From: Pseudomonadota bacterium
GTDB taxonomy: Bacteria > Pseudomonadota > Alphaproteobacteria > Rickettsiales > UBA1997
DNA length: 43,923 nt
Direction of reading: 5' to 3'
Assembly (NCBI GenBank): GCA_009925685.1
Contig: RFYG01000001.1
Location: 1-43,923 of the forward strand
Below, piece after piece: positions 8,788-16,600 of this stretch. A program made the position numbers and the translations under genes. The first letter of the stretch is position 1, and each line of letters opens with the position of its first letter. Below the pieces are notes generated by a model, which had not been told where the DNA came from, ran no database searches, and was given only the letters and a program-made list of their open reading frames with translations.

Positions 8788-9129
8788 ATGAATAAAATTG
8801 ATCGTCATATTGGCAGTAGAGTTAGGCTTAGAAGAAAAATTTTAAACATTAGCCAATATTCTCTATCGCATGATTTAGAGATATCGTTTCAACAACTTCA
8901 GAAATACGAGAGCGGAGAAAATAGAATAGCAGCAAGTAGGCTTTATGAGATAGCAAAAATTCTAAACATATCGCCACATTTTTTCTTTGAAGGATTAGAG
9001 GGCGTTTTAATTAACAACGATCAACCAAAAGACCTACAAAAAATGAAAGCTGCTCATGTTATGAGCAAAATAAAGAATCAGAAAGTCAAAGATAAAATCA
9101 TAAACTTAATTGTGGAATTGGGGGAATAA
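8788..9129 (+). CDS. XRE-family HTH transcriptional regulator
   Basis: IGSRVRLRRKILNISQYSLSHDLEISFQQLQKYESGENRIAASRLYEIAKIL is a canonical Cro/C1-type HTH. It is divergent from tetR across an 87-bp intergenic region. Confidence 0.8.
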   Translation: MNKIDRHIGSRVRLRRKILNISQYSLSHDLEISFQQLQKYESGENRIAASRLYEIAKILNISPHFFFEGLEGVLINNDQPKDLQKMKAAHVMSKIKNQKVKDKIINLIVELGE

Positions 9130-9131
9130 AT

Positions 9132-9728
9132 ATGGACTTCATCAATCTTGTCGCGGTTTTGTTTTATAGTTATGCACTTGGTTGTTTTTGCAGTGCTTAC
9201 TATTTGGTAAAAATTTTCAGCAAACAAGATATCAGAACTTTAAATAGCGGAACTGTTGGCGCAAGAAACGCGGGAAGAATTCTTGGCAAGAAAGGTTTCG
9301 TTATAACTTTCGTGGGTGATTTTTTAAAGACGGGTTTGCCTCTTGGTGTGACGATTTATTTTTTTAGATCGGATGCAAACTTTTCTATTCTATTCCTTGT
9401 AAGCTCAATAGCTGTGATGCTTGGTCACTTATTTCCTGCGCAACTTAAACTTAAAGGCGGCAAAGGTGTTGTTGTTTTTACCGCGATAATTTTTGTGATA
9501 AATTTCTGGGTGTTACTGATTTCTTTGGGTGTTCTTTTTCTGCTTTTATTAAGCACGCATAACCAAAAAATTAGTATTGTTGCAAGCGTCTTAACCACGA
9601 TACCAAGTAGCTTAATCTTGATGAACTATTATCCGCTCTTTCTTGATCCAATCACAATTCTGACAATTTTTATTGCGATCATTTTGTTAATCATTTCTCA
9701 CCTAAAAAAAGCACATGTTAACCTTTAA
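9132..9728 (+). CDS. plsY: PlsY-family acyl-phosphate:glycerol-3-phosphate acyltransferase-like membrane protein
   Basis: Five to six TM segments. NSGTVGARNAGRILGKKG matches the PlsY GSGNxGATN-type motif, and LKGGKGVVVF matches the conserved GGKG motif. It starts 2 nt after the XRE gene stop. Confidence 0.7.
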   Translation: MDFINLVAVLFYSYALGCFCSAYYLVKIFSKQDIRTLNSGTVGARNAGRILGKKGFVITFVGDFLKTGLPLGVTIYFFRSDANFSILFLVSSIAVMLGHLFPAQLKLKGGKGVVVFTAIIFVINFWVLLISLGVLFLLLLSTHNQKISIVASVLTTIPSSLILMNYYPLFLDPITILTIFIAIILLIISHLKKAHVNL

Positions 9729-10233
9729 AATTGCCAGCACAGAAGAAGAGTTTGAGCAAATATTTATCTTAAATTATGAGACATTCGTTGAAGAAATTCC
9801 TCAGCATCAACAAAGCGAATCACGTAAACTTATAGATAAATTTCATCACCAAAACACCTACTTCATTTGCAAAAAAGATGATGAGTTAATTGCGATGATT
9901 GCTTACCGAAATCAAAGACCATTCTCGCTTGATCACAAGTTGCCAAATCTCGATTCATATTTTCCACATGGTAAGACCAAGCCTTGTGAATTAAGACTTC
10001 TGAGCGTCAAAAAAGAATATCGTGGTGGTAAAATATTTTTTCAAATTGCGCTGCAATTAATGCAATATGTTTTGAATCAAGATTGCGACATTGCCTTGAT
10101 ATCAGGGGCCACAAAACAAGAAAAACTATATAAACACATTGGCTTTGTTCCTTTTGCTCATTTGGTTGGCGATGAAAAAGCTAAGTTCCAACCAATGTTT
10201 ATCACTCACGAAACAATTGCACTTAAGATATGA
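9715..10233 (+). CDS. GNAT-fold acyltransferase resembling N-acyl amino acid synthases / OlsB-type (Acetyltransf_5-like)
   Basis: The N-terminal pattern FEQIFILNYETFVEEI...IDKFHHQNTYFICKKDDELIAMIAYR resembles the LRYxVFxxE...DxFD...G-xR signature of N-acyl amino acid synthases. A GNAT core LLSVKKEYRGGKIF follows. It overlaps plsY by 14 nt and the downstream aminotransferase by 4 nt. Confidence 0.55.
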   Translation: MLTFKIASTEEEFEQIFILNYETFVEEIPQHQQSESRKLIDKFHHQNTYFICKKDDELIAMIAYRNQRPFSLDHKLPNLDSYFPHGKTKPCELRLLSVKKEYRGGKIFFQIALQLMQYVLNQDCDIALISGATKQEKLYKHIGFVPFAHLVGDEKAKFQPMFITHETIALKI

Positions 10234-11282
10234 AAAAACCAATCAGCTTTCTTTCTGGTCCAGTTATGATTTCACCAAAAGTTTCAAAAGCTTTTTCACA
10301 AGATGCAATTTCACATCGTTCTTCGGAATTTTCTAAGTTAGTAGACGAGGTACAAAGTAAGTTAAAAATTCTTACTAAAGCAAAATACTCTACTTTAATG
10401 ATGGGCAGTGGAAGCCTTGCTAATGAAGTGATTGCAGCAAATTTATCGACACTAAAAAACGAAGTAGGCTTGATCATTTCCAACGGAGAATTTGGAGAAA
10501 GGCTGATAAATCAAGCAACGCGCCACAATTTAAACTTTCATAGTCTAAAGAAAAATTGGGGAGAAGTTTTTGATTATCACGAAATCGCAGAAATCTTGCT
10601 GAAGAAAAAAATTGATTGGATTTGGTTCGTTCACTGCGAAACCTCGACTGGCATGATGAATGATTTAGAACAAATTTTAGAAATCACTGAAAAAACAAAT
10701 GTTAAAGTGTGCGTTGATTGCGTTAGCTCAATTGGTGTTTACCAAATTGATTTATCAAAAGTTTATTTAGCCTCAGCTTCGAGCAACAAAGGATTAGAAT
10801 CATTTGCTGGCATAGCAATTGTCTTACATAATCACCAACCAGAACCTCAAAACTCTATTGCCCAGTATCTTGATATTGGGTTTTATCAGGCAAAAAATAA
10901 TATCCCTTTTACATTCTCTTCAAATTTGCTAAAGGCTTTGAATGCCTCACTAGAATTGATTTTACAAAAAGATAAAACTCCAAAAATTCAAAAACTAAAT
11001 GATGATCTGGTTAAGTTTCTAGGGCAGCAAAAAATCAAGATTGTAGCCAGTGAAAAAGTGAAATCATGCGCGATTACAACTATCGAATTTGATCAATCTC
11101 AACAATCGGAAAAGTTGGGTCAATTTCTAGAATCACAGGGAATTTTAGTTCATTATCAAAACAGCTATTTAAAGGAAAGAAACTGGCTGCAAATTGCATT
11201 TTTCAGCAGCTCGATAAAAGTTTCTGATTTGGAAAAACTAAAAAATATACTTTTAAAGTTCAGAAATTTGAACAACCAATAG
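10230..11282 (+). CDS. Class V (PLP-dependent) aminotransferase, PhnW / serine-pyruvate aminotransferase-like
   Basis: GSGSLANEVIAAN, FVHCETSTGMMNDL, VCVDCVSSIG and SSNKGLESFAGIAIV (PLP-lysine region) match class V aminotransferases. Confidence 0.8.
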   Translation: MKKPISFLSGPVMISPKVSKAFSQDAISHRSSEFSKLVDEVQSKLKILTKAKYSTLMMGSGSLANEVIAANLSTLKNEVGLIISNGEFGERLINQATRHNLNFHSLKKNWGEVFDYHEIAEILLKKKIDWIWFVHCETSTGMMNDLEQILEITEKTNVKVCVDCVSSIGVYQIDLSKVYLASASSNKGLESFAGIAIVLHNHQPEPQNSIAQYLDIGFYQAKNNIPFTFSSNLLKALNASLELILQKDKTPKIQKLNDDLVKFLGQQKIKIVASEKVKSCAITTIEFDQSQQSEKLGQFLESQGILVHYQNSYLKERNWLQIAFFSSSIKVSDLEKLKNILLKFRNLNNQ

Positions 11283-11345
11283 ATCGCTTAATGTATGTTA
11301 TAATAGACGCTAAAGCTTATAATGGATATTATAAACAGCATTACA

Positions 11346-12398
11346 TCAGATTTTTAGAGACTTTTCAAAATTTCTTAATTTATCAATCACATCTGAAAAA
11401 TCTGGATGTTTGTCAAAAAACATTTCTTTCATTCTGTCGTAATCAGATTCCAATTCTTTTAGGCGTGATTCTTGAGTTGGAACTACTTTAATATCATGGA
11501 AAGAATTGATATTTTTGTAAGGCTCCCAGGTTTCATTCCAAAAGGTAATTTTGTTTTCTTTGACCGATTTCAAAATTTCTGGAAATTTTAAAGCTTCCTT
11601 GGCGACACCTGATTTTATCAGACAAAACAGATCATAATAATGCCTTGAATAATGATGTTTTAGCGGTTTTTCGATGGGACGAAGGCAGATGGAGTGCAAA
11701 ATCAACAACTTCTCAAGAAAATTTCGTTTAACATCCAAAACCTTAACTTGCGATTCATCAAAAAAGTCTGTCAGAATTTTTTTGGCGTATGGCTCGACTT
11801 TCTTTTCTTCAGATGGCCAATCTTCGCCAAGTGCGCCGAATTCTAGTTTTATGCGTGGTTTGATGTAATTGTAATGCTCATTTTCTAAAGCCAATTTTTT
11901 ACCATTTTCCAACGATAAAAATTCTTCGTTTTCTAAAAGTAAAAAATTTTGATCAGAAGTGGGAAAATGGAAAAACAGAGTCGACTTATCTTCTTCACTA
12001 AAACTCAACTCCCAACTTCCATTCTCTAGATCTTTAGCAAAAGTTTTTCTAAGCAGCTCATAAATTTCATCTTTCACAAAATCTTCCGCTGCATGCCTTA
12101 TGCGTGATTCAATTTTTCTTGGTTTATTAGAAACTCCTTCAGCATTCAAACAGGATTTACTAATCGTTAAATCAACATCTTCTGAAAATCTTTCAATCAA
12201 ACCATAGGCTTTTGAAAGACAGGTACCACCTTTAAAAACAAGCTTTCCTTCTAGTTCCTTTAACGAAAATAATTTTCCCAAAACATAGCAAACCCAGATG
12301 TCTTTTTCCACGACATCAAACCTCATTCCCAAATCAAAAGCAGCTTTCTGAATTAGGTTCTTTCTCTCAATTTTAGATAGCGTGATGAATTTTTTCAT
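11346..12398 (-). CDS. abiEii: AbiEii/AbiGii-family nucleotidyltransferase toxin (type IV TA / abortive infection)
   Basis: FKGGTCLSKAYGLIERFSEDVDL is the hallmark DUF1814/AbiEii motif. I place the start at the ATG at 12398 (MKKFITLSK), 2 nt after the abiEi stop, rather than at the track start 12440, which would overlap abiEi by 40 nt. Confidence 0.8.
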   Translation of the reverse strand: MKKFITLSKIERKNLIQKAAFDLGMRFDVVEKDIWVCYVLGKLFSLKELEGKLVFKGGTCLSKAYGLIERFSEDVDLTISKSCLNAEGVSNKPRKIESRIRHAAEDFVKDEIYELLRKTFAKDLENGSWELSFSEEDKSTLFFHFPTSDQNFLLLENEEFLSLENGKKLALENEHYNYIKPRIKLEFGALGEDWPSEEKKVEPYAKKILTDFFDESQVKVLDVKRNFLEKLLILHSICLRPIEKPLKHHYSRHYYDLFCLIKSGVAKEALKFPEILKSVKENKITFWNETWEPYKNINSFHDIKVVPTQESRLKELESDYDRMKEMFFDKHPDFSDVIDKLRNFEKSLKI

Positions 12399-12400
12399 TT

Positions 12401-13012
12401 TTAAGCGGCAATAATTTTCGGAATAAAATCGGCAACCCAACCAGAAACTTTTGACGACATTTTCTGTAAATATTTTTTGTCTGAATCGTTCAAAACCTTA
12501 GAACATCTAATGACCGCCACATCATCAACTTTGTTTTTCCCAAGATAGTTCAACGCATTTAACACAACCATTACAACCGATGGAGTATTGGGGGCAGGGT
12601 TCGTTCTAATATGTTTAAAAATTATCAAATTTTTTCCGATTTGCTTGGTCATGGATTTGCCATGCGTCCAATAAATATTTTGTGAAGGAACTTGATTAGA
12701 AAGCCCAAGCATATTTGCACACATTGCTCCAGATGGATAAATTGCAATTCCAGCATTTCGAGCAATTGCATTTGCAACATCATTTAAGTTTGGTGGAATA
12801 ATGCCGATGCCATCTTGAATTACGGGATAATAATAAATTCCTCTGACAACTCTGATAATTTTATTGCCGTCATCAGTTGTTTTATCATCAGCCATTCTCG
12901 ACAAGGCTTTATCGATGGCATTCCTTGTTCCAAGATCATGAAAATCCTTCGCACAAAAAACCCAGCCTCTTTTTTTCGCTTTTATTTTTCTTAAAATTTT
13001 ATCAGTAATCAT
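12401..13012 (-). CDS. abiEi: AbiEi-family antitoxin / transcriptional autoregulator
   Basis: A 203-aa protein immediately upstream of AbiEii. Its N-terminal winged-helix-like segment is WVFCAKDFHDLGTRNAIDKALSRMADD. Size and position match AbiEi antitoxins. Confidence 0.65.
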   Translation of the reverse strand: MITDKILRKIKAKKRGWVFCAKDFHDLGTRNAIDKALSRMADDKTTDDGNKIIRVVRGIYYYPVIQDGIGIIPPNLNDVANAIARNAGIAIYPSGAMCANMLGLSNQVPSQNIYWTHGKSMTKQIGKNLIIFKHIRTNPAPNTPSVVMVVLNALNYLGKNKVDDVAVIRCSKVLNDSDKKYLQKMSSKVSGWVADFIPKIIAA

Positions 13013-13043
13013 AAGGTAAAGACCTCAATATTTGATATTACGT

Positions 13044-13073
13044 TGTCAGAAAATAACATATATTTTTCTGACA
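13044..13073. promoter_or_regulatory. 10-bp inverted repeat in the abiEi leader; candidate AbiEi operator and/or terminator of the upstream operon
   Basis: TGTCAGAAAA (13044-13053) pairs with TTTTCTGACA (13064-13073) around a 10-nt AT loop. It lies 32 nt upstream of the abiEi start at 13012 and 41 nt past the DUF1524 gene stop at 13114. Confidence 0.4.
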
Positions 13074-13113
13074 GTCAATAGGCAAGATAATCAGTTCTAT
13101 AGGCTTTGAAATC

Positions 13114-13674
13114 TTACTTTAACTCACATTCTTTGCTTTTTGCTTCAATGAATGCTTTTTCTTTATAATCCATACTTAGCTTCCACTGCTTTTTAACCTT
13201 CTGCCAAGTCTTAATATATTCGCATTGAAATTTCTTGTTAGGTGGCAACCAATCAGAAGGGTCTTTATCACCTTTCGAGCGATTAGCACTTTTATCAACA
13301 GCAATCAAAATTTCCACATCATCCAAATCATTGGCATATTCCATCTTTTTAGTTTTAGACCATTCGTGGCCACCGCTTCTATCAACTTCTCCAAGCGGGA
13401 CAAAGTGATCAATATCAAGGTCACCTGGATTGGTAAAATATTTGTCAGTATAAGGATCATACCATTTTCCTTTAATCACCTCGCAGCCTGTTTTATCAAG
13501 CGTCACTTCCTCTAAACTTTCAGCAATCAAAACTTCTTGTCTGGTATTTTGGCAATCTTTGTCAGCATCAATCCAATGTTTGTAATCAGTTCTGGAATAT
13601 TGATAAATCGCAGTTGATGAAACCGCTAATACCGCCGCAATTTGTGAGGCTTTCTTGAGGTTAATTTTTGGCAT
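13114..13674 (-). CDS. Exported or membrane-anchored DUF1524 (GmrSD C-terminal type) His-Me finger nuclease
   Basis: A hydrophobic N-terminal segment ASQIAAVLAVSSTAIYQY is followed by HWIDADKDCQNTRQEVL and DIDHFVPL...DKSANRSKGDKDPSDWLPP, the DUF1524 HNH-like pattern. Its start overlaps the stop of the upstream helicase gene (TAATG). Confidence 0.75.
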   Translation of the reverse strand: MPKINLKKASQIAAVLAVSSTAIYQYSRTDYKHWIDADKDCQNTRQEVLIAESLEEVTLDKTGCEVIKGKWYDPYTDKYFTNPGDLDIDHFVPLGEVDRSGGHEWSKTKKMEYANDLDDVEILIAVDKSANRSKGDKDPSDWLPPNKKFQCEYIKTWQKVKKQWKLSMDYKEKAFIEAKSKECELK

Positions 13675-16600
13675 TAGTTATATTGGCTAATTTTGGTTTT
13701 TAGCTTTTCCAACTCATCTTTTTTGCAATGAATCCAATCATAAGACCAAATTCTATGAATCTTCCAACCTTTTGATTCTAAGACTTCCTGACGAAGTCTA
13801 TCTCTTTCTCTGGCTGTTTTTCCTGAGTGATACATTTCACCATCACACTCAATTCCTAAAATATAGTTTTTTGTATTTGGACACACGACAGCTAAATCTA
13901 TTTTATAACCAGAGCAACCAACTTGAGAATCAACTTCATAACCCAGCAACCTCAAAGATTTACAAACACTTTCTTCAAATCCACTATCAAAGCTATCTTG
14001 TTTTATATGGTTCTTTGAAGTTATCCCAAAGTCACTAGTCTCAGCAAATCGCAAATAGCTCTTAAAAAAATCCATTCCTTTTCTTCCTTCATATTGAGCT
14101 GAAATATCTTGCCATTTTATAGAGCTTAAAAAATGTAACTTTTTCTTAGCTCTAGAGAACATTACATTCAGTCTTTTGTAAGAATCTTCTTTGTTAATTT
14201 GACTAAACATCGTGCCAAGAATCCTTCCATCTTTGTTTTTTGCATAGGAACTGCAGACAACAATTATATCCCTTTCATCACCTTGGCAATTTTCAAGATT
14301 TTTAACAAAAAGACCATCTTCATCATCATTATCTAGCCACGCAGTAAGATGTTCATCGCAATAGATAAGATCTCTGATTAATGTTTGTTGTTTTTTATTG
14401 ATTGATATAACACCAACAGACCTCGCTCCAGTATGATAAATTTCCTTCAATAGTTTTACCAAATATTTCGCCTCGCAGTCATTAGTTTGGCCATCCCAAA
14501 TTCCCTCTGGTAAATGATGAAAAACAATTGGCTTTTCATTCTTATTGGAGTTCGGAAAACTGATTAAACGTCCATTATAAACAAATTGATTTGATGGATG
14601 TATTAGCTGTTCAAACTTACTACGATAATGCCATGTTAATTGTAGTTCTCTCAATCTTACAGCTGCGTATGAGAGTAAACCTTTGTAATCACCAACTTTT
14701 TCTCTTTCTTCATGTTCGTCCTCAAAATCATCATCTGTATCATTAGCTGCAAATAAGTTCGTTGGCGGCATTTGTTCAGTATCACCAGCAATAATTATCT
14801 GTTTTGCTCTAAAAATTGAACTTAATGCATCCCAAGTAAAAATTTGTGAAGCTTCGTCAAAAATCACCGCATCGAATATAGGACTGCTAGAATGATGTTT
14901 CTCAACCTCAAAATACTGACAGATTGTCAATGGACTACAAACTACACAACCAACTGCATTCACAATAATATCGCGATATTGAGAAATAACTTTACGAGGT
15001 TTGGAAAATCTTTGACGATATTTTAACTGCTGGAAGTTATGATCTCTAACAATTCTTGAGCTATGCTTTTTGATATTCTCAATAATTCTTCTTTTATTTA
15101 TCTCGATAGAATTTTTGTCCAAAACCTTGAAATTGTTTATGATTTCAGAAGTAAGTTTGGTATTGGAAATCAATTCGTTTTTAGCTATCAGATTTTCTAA
15201 AACCTGTGAGTAAAAGCTCTTTTTAAATACCTTTAAGATTTCTCTGTGGGAAATTTTGCTTTCTAAAACATTATTCCAAAATTCTTCTGCGGATAATTCT
15301 TCAAGGGTATTTTTCAGTTCTAAATAACGAACCGAATCTTGTAACATAGGTAAATATCTTGTGTAGAAAACCACTTTTTCTTCTAAAGAATTCAGCTCAA
15401 TTGCAGTATCACCTTTTGGATCGAGACGGCTAAATATGAAGTCAGAAAGAGAATTGATTTCAATCTTATTGCTGCGCAACCCATCATTTAAGATCTCAGA
15501 TAGCGACTTATTCTCAAAGTAGTCCTTAGTGGCTGATTTTATCAATCTTAAGTCACTCTTCATTAACCAAACATTTTGCCAAAGTTCAGTAAGTTCCAGT
15601 GATTGAATTTTTAGAGTAATTTTTTCAATCAGCTGTTTGGCAGATATTATTGAGGAAACCGTTTCAACATACTTTAATCTTGATTCTACTTCACCTCTTA
15701 AACTTTGTGCTTCAGACGAAATTTCAAATAAACTATCATTGACTCTTCTTGTTAGAGTTCCGACTTCTTTGATTAATGCTCTTAAAGCAGCTTCTAAATC
15801 TTCTAGTGCCAATCTTTTTGTATACAGGCTTTCTAAAACCCGAATTTCATATTCAAAATCAGATCCCTTTTCGATGGTATCTAAAAAGAAATCTTTGAGC
15901 TCCGCTTCGTATATCTTATTTTGCAGATCTTTAAAGATCAGAATATTGTTATTTTGAATAATGAACTCTCTTCCAGCAGCAATAAGGGCAACATCCTCAA
16001 GTATTTTACTTTTTTCATTAAACTCTACATGACTTGTAATCCAATTCTTCAAAGATGATATGTTGGATTTTGTTTTACCTATCTCACCAACAAGATTTCC
16101 TCTTCTAACAAACCTTTTTAACAGCTGATAAAAGTTCAAGCTAAAACCTTTTTCATTTAAGCATTTTAGCTCTAAATCTAGTTTGGATAAAAGATTAATA
16201 TTTTCTGCTAACAGGGCAAATTTACAGGCAAGATCTTCTAAAAATTTATCATTCTCAAAACACTGATTTTTAAACCTAGCGTGAAACCATTCTTGTTCTC
16301 GCTGACTAATTATATTTTGGTGTTCTTTGACTTTATTAAAAAAATTAATCGAGTTTTTTAGTAATGAATTGCCGCCCTTAATGAAATTGAAATTTCTGAA
16401 ACCATCCTCTGCCTCACTAATACTCGATTTCAATAATTTTAACTCTTCCTCTTTGACAATCTTGACATCTAGCAATTTTTGCAATCTTTCCAGAACCTCT
16501 CTCGCTTCTTTAACATCAAACAAATCTGGATTTTTGATTGGCATCTTGAGCCATGGATTCACTTCATTATCTAGTAAATCCTTATATGGCAAAACTTCCT

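Noticed and set aside
11291-11491. 66-aa plus-strand ORF after the aminotransferase
   Set aside because: It mostly overlaps the 3' end of abiEii on the opposite strand, and it has no motif or RBS.
12399-12440. The 14-codon N-terminal extension of AbiEii given by the ORF track (start at 12440)
   Set aside because: It would overlap abiEi by 40 nt. The internal ATG at 12398 gives MKKFITLSK and a 2-nt spacing from the abiEi stop, typical of coupled TA genes.
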